From: a virus
Taxonomy: Duplodnaviria > Caudoviricetes
Strand: one strand, 5' to 3'
Virus record (IMG/VR): IMGVR_UViG_3300010403_000051
Coordinates: 1-24,219 of that record
Length of the DNA stretch: 24,219 nucleotides
The notes below the pieces were generated by a model that made no database searches, was not told the DNA's origin, and saw only the letters and a program-made list of their open reading frames with translations. Made by a program: the position numbers and the translations under genes. Of this stretch, positions 14,441 through 22,934 are shown piece by piece. Within the stretch, counting starts at the first letter, position 1, and every line of letters begins with the position of its first letter.

Positions 14441-14944
14441 TCACGAATCCTTCGGCCGCTCGCCGTCGGCATTCTTGTCATGAATCGACTGGATGGTGTC
14501 AATGACTTGATTGAGGTCTTCCGTCCGGACCGCCGGGACCGTAATCGTTTCCTTCCGGTCCGCACTCGCCTCGAGCACGCGTGTGGCCGTGAGGATGTTG
14601 ACGAGCGTGGTCACGGTCTTTTCGAGCCCCTCGTTCCGGGCCATCAATTGGTTCACTTCGTCGGTCAGTTTCGTCAGATGGCCATTGGTCTGCGCGGCGA
14701 TCTTGTCGCTCTGCGTCGAGATGTCCTGCGTCGCCATGCGGACGGCTTCCACCTTGGCGGCGGTGTCGCTCGCGTGCGTGGCGGCCGTCTCCGCCTTCAT
14801 CGCGGCAGCGTCCGCGCTGCTCGCGGCCTGATCCACTTTCCGGCCATTGCTCTGCCCCTGCCGCAAGGCACCCCACGCCACGATCGTTGGCGGCAAGGCC
14901 GTCAAGGCTGCCACCACAATGGCCTGAATCGTGGCGTCCGTCAC
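14441..14944 (-). CDS. Membrane-anchored coiled-coil protein (holin or i-spanin candidate)
   Basis: N-terminal hydrophobic segment IQAIVVAALTALPPTIVAWGAL, then Ala-rich heptad helices; first gene of the lysis region. Confidence 0.6.
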   Translation of the reverse strand: MTDATIQAIVVAALTALPPTIVAWGALRQGQSNGRKVDQAASSADAAAMKAETAATHASDTAAKVEAVRMATQDISTQSDKIAAQTNGHLTKLTDEVNQLMARNEGLEKTVTTLVNILTATRVLEASADRKETITVPAVRTEDLNQVIDTIQSIHDKNADGERPKDS

Positions 14945-14995
14945 GACTCAGCCCGCCCCCACGGTCGCGCGCCGTTCGTCCACGCCCGCGTCACG

Positions 14996-15337
14996 TCAGA
15001 CCCACGGACGCGCCTTGTACGCGTCGATGATCTTTTGTCGCGCCGTGCCGTACTTCGCTTTACTCGCCGGGGCACTGTAGGTGTCGATGATCGCCCAGAC
15101 GACCGCCGAGATGAGCCGCTCGGCATCCAGCGCCTGTTTCACTTCGCTATCGAGATCGGTGTCGACGTTGGTCGGGTCGTTCGGATCGAACGCGTCGATG
15201 ATTGGTTGCGCCTGCGGCTGCAGGGAGGCGGGTGAGACCTTCCAGGTCGTCTTGTCGCTGGGGATCCCGATCGCCACGCCGGTAATCGCGACACCGGAGG
15301 CTTTCAGTTTGCGGTCGAGCCATTCTGCGAGTGCCAT
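14996..15337 (-). CDS. Hypothetical protein following the tail fibre (possible fibre chaperone), 113 aa
   Basis: AAGGGA RBS, ATG at 15337; position directly after the fibre gene. Confidence 0.6.
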   Translation of the reverse strand: MALAEWLDRKLKASGVAITGVAIGIPSDKTTWKVSPASLQPQAQPIIDAFDPNDPTNVDTDLDSEVKQALDAERLISAVVWAIIDTYSAPASKAKYGTARQKIIDAYKARPWV

Positions 15338-15348
15338 ACGCCGTCCCT

Positions 15349-16683
15349 TCAGCAGTGCCACATCCCGACCAGCCCCGAGCCCAGCTCGCCGCCGTTGTCC
15401 CCGTACCACGTTGTCGTCCCGACGGCGCCGCTGTTCTCAAGCGCCGCGTAGTAGTGCCGCCCGACCGCGGGTGTCTTGTGCAACCGCGAGATCGCCTGCA
15501 GGAGCTGTGTCGCCGGACTCGCGGCGGACTTGGCGACCTGATTCCCGACCTGCGTCGAGCCGGTGCCGGTCGGCGCCGAAACCGTGTCTTCCCCGATCCC
15601 GCAATAGAGATTCACATTCCCCGAGGAATTCGAGACATAGGTAAACAGCATCACATCGACGCTGCCGACGATGTAGCCGTTCATGATCTCGACTTGGTTC
15701 GCGGTGGAGTTGTTCGCCTGCCGCCACGTCGCCGTCGTGTACGTCCACGAGTCGGTCGTGTCGATCCGTCGCAGATGCCGGGGCGCCTGGTGGTAGTAGT
15801 TGAAGAGATACCGCTTCGCCGCTGAATCCTCAGTCGTGTTCGTGCCGCTCGCATAGAGCGAGCCCACATAGCGCCGCGTCGTCGCGCCGGACTTCACGAG
15901 CACGCCGTCTTGCAGCACCAACGCCGTCGCCCGTGTCGTGTCGTTGGTCCAGACCAGGACTTCGAGGGTCGGTGTGCCGCTGCTGTCGTAGACGAAGACG
16001 TCGTAGGGCTTGCCGCTCGTGAGCGTCAGGGCCAGCGACTGCTGCGCGGCTTGCCGCACGTTCCACGCGGCGCCGTCGTAGAGCGCGATGGCGTTGCCCT
16101 TGAACGGCGTGAGGTAGAGCGTGCCGGCGCCCGTGACGTCCGAGTCGGTCACCGGGACGTTGGTGGTCAGCGTCAGGCGGAACCCGTTGGTCGCCGGGTC
16201 TACGGTCCCGCCACCCGCCGCGGCCGCGCTGCTGCGCGCGAGTTCGTACCACGTTGTCCCGTCCCGGTAGAGCATCAGCCGGTGGTCGGCATCGCTCATC
16301 GCGAAGTCGCCGCCCTTAAGATGGATGTTCCCGGTGCCGTGCTTCACCGTCACGACGCGCGCGACGTTTTCTGCTTTCAGGATCAGGAATCGCGCTTCCC
16401 GTCCGCCGCTGTCCAGCGTGATCGTGGCGAGATTGTCGGAGGCGGCGTTGGCTTCCGTGTCGATGCTGTAGACGTTCTTCCCGGCGGTGAGCGTGACGGC
16501 ATCGGAGGCGATCGTGAGTTCGGTGGACGCCGCGAAACTCAGGGCGCCGTTGTCGTCAATCGCATCGAGGACGTTGTCGACGTCGTCATAGATCGCGTCG
16601 ATCATCGCCTTGTCGACGGGCGTGCCGTCGCCCACGCCGGTGTCGTCGACAAGCGTGTTGTAGTAGGTGCGACTGAGCGCCAT
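15349..16683 (-). CDS. Tail fibre / minor tail protein, 444 aa
   Basis: Thr/Ala/Gly-rich beta-structured modules (IDTEANAASDNLATI; RLTLTTNVPVTDSDVTGAGTLY); follows the tail-tip gene with TAATG coupling. Confidence 0.75.
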   Translation of the reverse strand: MALSRTYYNTLVDDTGVGDGTPVDKAMIDAIYDDVDNVLDAIDDNGALSFAASTELTIASDAVTLTAGKNVYSIDTEANAASDNLATITLDSGGREARFLILKAENVARVVTVKHGTGNIHLKGGDFAMSDADHRLMLYRDGTTWYELARSSAAAAGGGTVDPATNGFRLTLTTNVPVTDSDVTGAGTLYLTPFKGNAIALYDGAAWNVRQAAQQSLALTLTSGKPYDVFVYDSSGTPTLEVLVWTNDTTRATALVLQDGVLVKSGATTRRYVGSLYASGTNTTEDSAAKRYLFNYYHQAPRHLRRIDTTDSWTYTTATWRQANNSTANQVEIMNGYIVGSVDVMLFTYVSNSSGNVNLYCGIGEDTVSAPTGTGSTQVGNQVAKSAASPATQLLQAISRLHKTPAVGRHYYAALENSGAVGTTTWYGDNGGELGSGLVGMWHC

Positions 16684-19256
16684 TAGGCCCTTCCCTGTCT
16701 CAGCAAGGCTTCAAACGTAAACCGGCGCGAGCTGGCGTCCACCTGGCGCCGGGGCCAGGTGCGCTGCAGGCCGTCGAAGTCACTAATCGTCACGCTCTGG
16801 ATCTTGAAGGTGCCGGTCAGGCCGAGCAGGGTCGATGTGAACGTGACTTCGCGCCCGGCGCGGGTGTGGCGATCCCGCGTCTCATAGCGCACGGAGACGA
16901 GCGGATCCTTGACGAGGTCCAGTTGCGCCTGGGCGCGCGCCGTCGCTTCCGTCGAGGACAGCCGGCGGTCTTGGATGTACTCCTCGATGACGCCGTCCCC
17001 ACCGACCAGCGCCGCCAGTGTCGCCTGCGCGCCGGCATCGTCCACCGTGACGAGCAGGTTCACGTCGTCACCGGTCGTGATGTCGTAGAGGATCGATCCC
17101 GCCCCATTCGCCGGGATGCCGGTCAGCGCCGACGCGGGCGTGACCGTGGAGTTGTAGCTGATGCTCGCTTCGATGGCTCCAACCCCGGTTGCGGGGATGC
17201 CGGTCAGCGCGGTACTGGTGAGCCCGGTATAGCGAATCACCTGTTGCCCGTTGCCGATGACCGCCCAGCCCCCGCCCGAGGCAAACGCGCTGAGCCCAGC
17301 AATGATGAGCGACGTACTCCCAGCCGTGACCTGACCCGCTGGCTGCGCCAACCCGGACGTGTCGGACGTCGGGACATTCGCGCCGAGGCTCGCATCGGCC
17401 GTGCTGTCGGTGGCGGTCGTTGTCGTGTTGTCGGCGATGGTGGACTGCAACTTGAGTTGGCTGCCGCCGGCCGTCGTGCGGTAAATCTTGCGCTGCGTGA
17501 CGCTCGCGCCGCCGATCGGAATCGCCGAGAGCGCGACTTGGTTCGCGGTGGCGGTGTTGCTGGAGGGCGCGTCGGCCCCTAAGCTCGCATTCGCGGCGGT
17601 ATCGCTGTACGTCGTGGCCGTATTGTTGGCAATGGTCGTGACGAGCTTATAGGTGCCGGCTCCATTGAATCGCCGATACAGCTTGCGTCCCGTGACGAGC
17701 GTGCCGCCAAGAGGGATCGCCGTCAGCGGAATCGTCTGTGCCGCCGTGGTGTTTGATGTCGGCGGATGTCCGCCGAGACTCCCGTCCGCTTTGGTATCGG
17801 TATACGTCGTGGTCGTGTTGTTGTTGATCGTCGTGAGGAGCCAGAAGTCTGTGGCGGCGCTCGCGCCCGTGGGGCCATCGACAAACGTGCGGTACACTCG
17901 GCGTCCCGTCACGCCTGATGGGCCAGTCGGGATGCTGTTGAGATCTAATGCACTATGACCTGAAATCACAAAGAAGTCCGCCACGTGCGCGTTGGAGAAT
18001 TCTGTTTCGCCCGTCGCGCTGAGAAACGTCGTGATGTACCAGTAATGACCGGTAGCCATCGAACCCGCTGTGAGTGTCGAGGTGGCACCAATCGCCGATG
18101 ACGGCGTTGAGAGTGCCGCCGTCGCGGTCACTTGATTGCTCGTCGGCCCGGGCGTGGTTTCCCCGCTCGCGGTGACGAAGGTGACTTCGTAATCGTGCGC
18201 ACCGGCGTCGACACTGCCGCCCGCGGTCGCACTCCCGGCCGTGGGCGCTGCGCCCGGAGCCGACGTTAGCCCGACGGTGATACTGGCGGTCGGTCCGGCA
18301 ATCGATTCGCCTGCCGCGGTTACAAAGGTGACGGCGTATCCGTGGCTGCCGCTCTCGACGCCAGACCCGGCCGCCAGCGCCAACGTCGGCGTGCCGGACG
18401 GAGCCGCACCAGGCCCCACCAGCCCGCCGCCCGCCCCGGTCTGCACGCCGGTGTAGGTGATGCGCTGCGGACCGGAGACGACCGTCCCGCCGCTCGGCTC
18501 GTACCACGTGCTGTCCTCCACAGGGAGCATCGTCTCGCCCGCCACGACGGAGGTGAGCGCGGTCGAGCCGCCGCCTTCTACGACCACGCGGGTCCGCACC
18601 GGGGAGAGATCCCGGTCCCACCGCACCTGACTCGCGCCCCGGTGCGTATCGTCAATCGCCGTCGCCGTGAGGGTTTCGCTGAGGAAGAGATGCAGGTCTT
18701 TCGACTCGTCCACGTACCACGCCCCGCCGATCCGGTCGGTCAAGCGGTCGAGCGCATCGGTGAGGTCTTCATTGGTCAGCGTGAATTCCTCGAGCGACGG
18801 CAAGCCGGCCGCGACGTTCGCCACGGTGAAGTCCGGCGCGTAACTCGCGATGAGGCTCGTCGCGATCGTCGTCGCCGACTGCGACATAAAGCGCGCGTTG
18901 ACCTTGTGCCGATTGAGCCGCCACTCGTACGAGATGCACGTCAAGTCGTAGGCGACGTTCTCGACGTTGTCCGCTTCGTAGATGCGCGACGTCTTGAGGA
19001 TGTGTCCGGCGAAGATCGAATGCGCCGCATCGAGCGCCCCGAGCCCGAGCCGGACGGCCTGCCCTTCTTGCGGGTCGAACCCCGACACGCGCATCGTCGC
19101 GGTGTTCGGGATGCCGCCTTCGGTATCCCGCACCGTCAGGTGATCGATCCGCAGCCGTCTCGCCACGCCATCGACCGACAGGTAGACGTACGGCCGGTAA
19201 TCGCCGAGTCGCGTGGCACCGAGTCGCGCGATGCCGAGCCGGGCTTCGCGCCGCAT
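16683..19256 (-). CDS. Tail-tip / baseplate hub protein with inserted FN3/Ig-like domains, 857 aa
   Basis: Follows the tape measure; hub-like N-terminus (DALDRLTDRIGGAWYVDESKDLH...RTRVVVEGG) and C-terminus (RAGREVTF...FKIQSVTI) enclosing repeats. Confidence 0.8.
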   Translation of the reverse strand: MRREARLGIARLGATRLGDYRPYVYLSVDGVARRLRIDHLTVRDTEGGIPNTATMRVSGFDPQEGQAVRLGLGALDAAHSIFAGHILKTSRIYEADNVENVAYDLTCISYEWRLNRHKVNARFMSQSATTIATSLIASYAPDFTVANVAAGLPSLEEFTLTNEDLTDALDRLTDRIGGAWYVDESKDLHLFLSETLTATAIDDTHRGASQVRWDRDLSPVRTRVVVEGGGSTALTSVVAGETMLPVEDSTWYEPSGGTVVSGPQRITYTGVQTGAGGGLVGPGAAPSGTPTLALAAGSGVESGSHGYAVTFVTAAGESIAGPTASITVGLTSAPGAAPTAGSATAGGSVDAGAHDYEVTFVTASGETTPGPTSNQVTATAALSTPSSAIGATSTLTAGSMATGHYWYITTFLSATGETEFSNAHVADFFVISGHSALDLNSIPTGPSGVTGRRVYRTFVDGPTGASAATDFWLLTTINNNTTTTYTDTKADGSLGGHPPTSNTTAAQTIPLTAIPLGGTLVTGRKLYRRFNGAGTYKLVTTIANNTATTYSDTAANASLGADAPSSNTATANQVALSAIPIGGASVTQRKIYRTTAGGSQLKLQSTIADNTTTTATDSTADASLGANVPTSDTSGLAQPAGQVTAGSTSLIIAGLSAFASGGGWAVIGNGQQVIRYTGLTSTALTGIPATGVGAIEASISYNSTVTPASALTGIPANGAGSILYDITTGDDVNLLVTVDDAGAQATLAALVGGDGVIEEYIQDRRLSSTEATARAQAQLDLVKDPLVSVRYETRDRHTRAGREVTFTSTLLGLTGTFKIQSVTISDFDGLQRTWPRRQVDASSRRFTFEALLRQGRA
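17350..18410 (-). repeat. Three N-half repeats followed by three C-half repeats (protein level)
   Basis: GxHxYxVTFVTAxGE[ST]-like x3 (about 18350, 18203, 18050), then IPxGxxxVTxR[KR]xYR...TIxxNTxTTxxDxxAxxSLGxxxPxSxT x3 (about 17933, 17717, 17522). Confidence 0.85.
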
Positions 19257-20590
19257 CAGCGGCCCCCTCGACTCGCGGAACGTGTCCCGAGCGCGGTGAC
19301 GACCTTATCGGCAAGGCGTTGCATGCCGGCGGGCGTGTCGAAGATCGACTCCCGTGCGTCCACGAAAATGGAGTTCCCACCGGTTGGTGTGAGCTTGCCC
19401 GGCTGATTGACCCCTGGAATGTAGCCGTAGGGGTTGCCGTAGTCGTCGTAGCGGATGGAGGAACCCGCGGCGCCCGGGGCCACGCTCTGAAAGGAGCCGC
19501 CCAGCGTGCCCTGTCCCGCGCGCACCGCTGCCATCGCGTCATCCCACGACGTCTTGGTCTTCGCCGCCGCCTCCGCCGCACTCTGGCCGATGACGACGAA
19601 GTTCTCTTTCATGGCCCTGGCGAGTTCATCTGATTCGCGCGCGAGCCGCTCTTCGTCGGATTCCATCTGGGTCGTGGAGGCGGTGTGCGTCTGCTGCGCG
19701 GCGACGACCGCCAGGCGGAACTGTTCGAACTGATTCGTCAGGTCGTCGGCCGCCAAGCCTTGCCGCACCATCCCATCGATCCCGGCGGTGAGTGCGTCGA
19801 AGACGTCCTGCAAGGCCGCCGAACTGAGCACCGCCACGTTCTCCACCCGCCCGAGTTCCTCGACGTAGTCCTGTGCTGCCTTGACGGCATCGTTGCCGAA
19901 GAGTTTGTCCGCGCCCGCGTGGATGGCGTCTTCGTGCGCCTTCTGCAATTTCTGAATGGCTTCCGCTTCCCGTTCGGCCGCCTCCTTGGCGTCCTTCATC
20001 GCCTTCTCGTGGGCCTTGGTGACTTCGGCCGCTTCCCGCACGCGCTCGTTGCTCTTGGCCGCCCAGTCCGTATTGAACTGGATCGCCTGCGTGTAACTGA
20101 TGGTTGCGTCGGCGCCTCTGGAGATCGCGAGGTTGATGGAATCCTGTTTCGCGCCGGCTTCCTGCGCGGCCATCCCGAGGCCCATCACGCGATCGACCAG
20201 ATGCGCGATCTTGTTGTCGGCGTCGGTCCACTCGGCGATCCGGCGCCCGATGCCGATCCCGCCGAGCGCCGCGGCAGCGACCAGTGAAGCCGAGCCAATC
20301 AGCCCGAGTTCGCTGGCGGTCTTGCCGGCGGCCTGCGAGAGTTCGTCGAGGGCGTGAATCTCCGGGCCGATGTGGACCCCGAACGCGCCGAGCGTCTTGT
20401 CCGCCGCCGAGAGCCCCGTGGCGAGATCGCCGATCGCCCCGCCCGCACGCGTGCTGCTGCCGTGCACCAAGCGGAGGGAGGATTCGCTCCGGTTCGAGCT
20501 GTCGGTGAATTGGCGGAGCTTGCCATCGGCCGCGTCGACGGCGCTGTTGAACTGGCTGAAGTCCGCTTGGAAGATTCCTTGGATCGCCAT
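19256..20590 (-). CDS. Tail tape measure protein (short, 444 aa)
   Basis: ADFSQFNSAV N-terminus, Ala/Gly-rich helices; lies immediately after the frameshifted chaperone. Confidence 0.85.
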   Translation of the reverse strand: MAIQGIFQADFSQFNSAVDAADGKLRQFTDSSNRSESSLRLVHGSSTRAGGAIGDLATGLSAADKTLGAFGVHIGPEIHALDELSQAAGKTASELGLIGSASLVAAAALGGIGIGRRIAEWTDADNKIAHLVDRVMGLGMAAQEAGAKQDSINLAISRGADATISYTQAIQFNTDWAAKSNERVREAAEVTKAHEKAMKDAKEAAEREAEAIQKLQKAHEDAIHAGADKLFGNDAVKAAQDYVEELGRVENVAVLSSAALQDVFDALTAGIDGMVRQGLAADDLTNQFEQFRLAVVAAQQTHTASTTQMESDEERLARESDELARAMKENFVVIGQSAAEAAAKTKTSWDDAMAAVRAGQGTLGGSFQSVAPGAAGSSIRYDDYGNPYGYIPGVNQPGKLTPTGGNSIFVDARESIFDTPAGMQRLADKVVTALGTRSASRGGR

Positions 20591-20744
20591 TTAGGTCTGT
20601 GGTTCCAACTCCTTCACGAGGTCTGCGATCAGGAGGTCATAGACGTCCGCCGGTAGCTGTTGCACGTCGAAGTACGTCATCCCACAGCGGCGAGCGATGA
20701 AGAGGTCGGTGCGAACGCGCTCGTCCCAGTGCCTCTTTTTTTTT
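20591..20744 (-). CDS. Tail assembly chaperone -1 frameshift extension (gpGT-like 'T' part)
   Basis: -1 frame after the A9 run reads KRHWDERVRTDLFIARRCGMTYFDVQQLPADVYDLLIADLVKELEPQT and stops (TAA) adjacent to the tape measure ATG. Confidence 0.85.
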
Positions 20745-21204
20745 CTGCCTGTTGTGCGTCGTGATGCGCCTTGAGCGCGTCGCGGATCTCGTCGTAGCTC
20801 TCGGCGTCGAGCGCGTTGATGGTGGCGATGCGATCGTCCTCCGGCATGTCCAGCGAGTACGGGACTGACGAGGACCAGCTCACCAGATAGCCCGCCAGTT
20901 CCGCCGCGCGCAGGTCTTTCCCGTCGTTGGCGCGCATCCGGGCGAGCATCGCGTCGCGCTCGCCGTGTGAGAGACGTTTCTTGAAGATCACGTAGTCGCC
21001 GTCCTCGATGGCGGCATCCACGCGCGCTTGTGACTTGGCTAACTTCTCCGTTGCAGCCGCTTGCCGTGCGAGTGCATCCGACGGACTCTCGTCTTTCGGT
21101 TGAGGGGCGTTGGCTAGTTCTGTGACTAGCGCGGCATGGGCACGGCGCGCAACATCAGCTAGCGCTATGCGTTCAGTCTCAGGCTTGATGAATCGAATCC
21201 CCAT
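20677..21204 (-). CDS. Tail assembly chaperone (gpG-like), 175 aa
   Basis: TAAGGAG RBS before ATG 21204; YLVSWS motif; ends ...AEKK at a slippery site. Confidence 0.85.
   Translation of the reverse strand: MGIRFIKPETERIALADVARRAHAALVTELANAPQPKDESPSDALARQAAATEKLAKSQARVDAAIEDGDYVIFKKRLSHGERDAMLARMRANDGKDLRAAELAGYLVSWSSSVPYSLDMPEDDRIATINALDAESYDEIRDALKAHHDAQQAEKKRGTGTSAFAPTSSSLAAVG
20736..20744 (-). other. Programmed -1 ribosomal frameshift site (GAA AAA AAA AGA)
   Basis: Nine consecutive A on the coding strand, giving an in-frame A AAA AAA heptamer, in an otherwise GC-rich sequence. Confidence 0.85.
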
Positions 21205-21217
21205 CTGACTCGTCTCC

Positions 21218-21514
21218 TTACCGGCGTGCGGTGACCATCTCTGGCAACTGCGCGCCGAGGGTGCCCTGTATCTCCCGAGGTCCGCGTCCCTCCCCGAGGT
21301 CCAGCGTGCGAATCGGCCAGCGCCATTCCCCATCCTTGTGGGGCGCGACAAAGATGAGCGGGCGCTGGCGAATCTTGAACGCGTCGACACTGACGGCGGT
21401 CCCGCGCAAGGTCCACGACCCATCGGCGCACGGCCGCACCGCGTACCCGTTGATTGCCGCCGCCGCGAAATACCCCCAGTCGATGCGGCCCACCACGCCG
21501 CGGATGACTTCCAT
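21218..21514 (-). CDS. Hypothetical tail-module protein, 98 aa (MEVIRGVVGRIDWGYF...)
   Basis: Fills the gap between tail tube and chaperone; beta-rich sequence. Confidence 0.7.
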   Translation of the reverse strand: MEVIRGVVGRIDWGYFAAAAINGYAVRPCADGSWTLRGTAVSVDAFKIRQRPLIFVAPHKDGEWRWPIRTLDLGEGRGPREIQGTLGAQLPEMVTARR

Positions 21515-21518
21515 CCGG

Positions 21519-21935
21519 TTACGGCGCGATCGTCCAGTTGCCGCCGGCATCCCACTTCCCGGCCGTCTTGATCGCCCCGGTCGCGCTCACGTTCACGCTC
21601 CCGTCGATGTTGGCCAAGCCTTGGAAGTAGACGGTGGGATCGTTCGTGTTCGGGATGAGCCGCAAGGTGACCGGTGTGCCCGCAAGCACCGCCGCGAAGT
21701 AGGCCGGCGAGGAGCTGGCGACGGCGTTCCACCAGCCGCTCAGCGTCCCGGAGAAATCCGGCAAGCCAGCGACGCGTCTGACGTTGGTATCGCCGAAGGC
21801 GGTCACCACCTCGCGCGCCGTGGACATATCGAGCGTCCAGGAATCGAGATCGGTCAGCGTGACGAGCGCCGACCCGCCGGCCGGATCCATTTGGACCCGC
21901 CCGTTTTTCCCGTGGAGCCGTTGATCAAGAGGCAT
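21519..21935 (-). CDS. Tail tube (major tail) protein, 138 aa
   Basis: HGKNGRV...SWTLDMS..EVVTAFGD...GLPDFSGTLSGWW...YFQGLANI; GGGGGAG RBS. Confidence 0.8.
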   Translation of the reverse strand: MPLDQRLHGKNGRVQMDPAGGSALVTLTDLDSWTLDMSTAREVVTAFGDTNVRRVAGLPDFSGTLSGWWNAVASSSPAYFAAVLAGTPVTLRLIPNTNDPTVYFQGLANIDGSVNVSATGAIKTAGKWDAGGNWTIAP

Positions 21936-21971
21936 GTGTCACTCCCCCACAAAAGGTGTCCCCGAGTCGCC

Positions 21972-22472
21972 CTAGGCACTCGTCCCGAGAATCAGCACGT
22001 CGTAGGTCACGCCCGTGCCGCCGGCGCTGTTGGTGATCGTCAACAGGTCGCCCGTCGCCGGGGTGACCGTCACGCCCGTCCCGCTGCCGAACCAGGCGAA
22101 GACGAAGCCGGGCTTCAGCGCGATCCCGTCGCCCGCCGCCATGAGGAACGGCACGCCGTTCGACGCCGGGCGCGTCAGTTGCACGTCGTTGGTATTCCCC
22201 GCGGCGGCCTTGATGATGATCGCCTTCACAGTGACGAAGGTGAGCACCGCGCCGTACGCGTCCGTCAGCACGCCTGCGAGATCGAGGTTCTCGGTCCCGC
22301 TCGCGGCCAGGGTCCGCGTGTCGGCGAAGATGCGATCCGCCTTTCCGGAGGTCGTCCCGTCGGTGAAGGCGACTTCCGTGCTGATGGCAAACGGAAACGT
22401 CGCCGTCCCCTGATCGAGGACGCTGGTCTGCTTGCCCGTCGCGTAGAGATTGATGTTGGCGGTCAGTGCCAT
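21972..22472 (-). CDS. Structural protein of unknown role, 166 aa, beta-rich
   Basis: Strong RBS; DTRTLAASGTENLDLAGVLTDAYGA...TYDVLILG; lies between terminator and tube genes. Confidence 0.75.
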   Translation of the reverse strand: MALTANINLYATGKQTSVLDQGTATFPFAISTEVAFTDGTTSGKADRIFADTRTLAASGTENLDLAGVLTDAYGAVLTFVTVKAIIIKAAAGNTNDVQLTRPASNGVPFLMAAGDGIALKPGFVFAWFGSGTGVTVTPATGDLLTITNSAGGTGVTYDVLILGTSA

Positions 22473-22493
22473 TGGCCTGTCCCTTTCTCTGGG

Positions 22494-22934
22494 TTACGTG
22501 CTCATGACGACGCGATACTGACCGCCGCGGTGATACCACCGCACCGTCGGATCCACATCGTCCACTTCCGTCGTGCGAATTCGCGACTCGCGCTCCACGA
22601 CCATCGTGGAATAGCCCGACACCATCAGCGTGGCGCCCTCCAAGAGTTCATCGATCCGAGCGGCGGCGCTCTTCACGTTTGCGGCGGCATTTGGCGCGGT
22701 TGAGAGCGCGACGGCCAGCACCAGATACCGCGCTTCCTCGAACGCCCTCGATTCGAAGCGCGATTCATCGTGCTCGTCGACCAGCGTGATCCGAACGAAT
22801 CGCCGTGCGACAAAGTTCTGCGACTGCGGCGGCGCTTCATCGAACCAGACGTTATCCGGCATGTAGGAGAGCAGCGTCGGATCGCTACTGAGCTTCGTGA
22901 GCAGCGCCGTGTCGATGTCCTGGCTGTCAGGCAT
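22494..22934 (-). CDS. Tail terminator / tail completion protein (DUF3168-like)
   Basis: IDTALLTKLSSDPTL..VWFDEAP..AARIDELL..WYHRGGQYRV; gene order. Confidence 0.75.
   Translation of the reverse strand: MPDSQDIDTALLTKLSSDPTLLSYMPDNVWFDEAPPQSQNFVARRFVRITLVDEHDESRFESRAFEEARYLVLAVALSTAPNAAANVKSAAARIDELLEGATLMVSGYSTMVVERESRIRTTEVDDVDPTVRWYHRGGQYRVVMST

Noticed and set aside
14499-14876. ORF embedded in the TM/coiled-coil gene as a possible Rz1-like o-spanin
   Set aside because: No hydrophobic signal peptide or lipobox; composition of an off-frame ORF.
15349-19256. Diversity-generating retroelement or invertible cassette acting on tail genes
   Set aside because: No reverse transcriptase or invertase, and no near-identical repeat pair differing only at adenines was seen; repeats are diverged and protein-level.
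21205-21732. N-terminal extension of the 351-aa ORF in the track
   Set aside because: Overlaps the tube and 98-aa genes; the true start is ATG 21204 with a TAAGGAG RBS.
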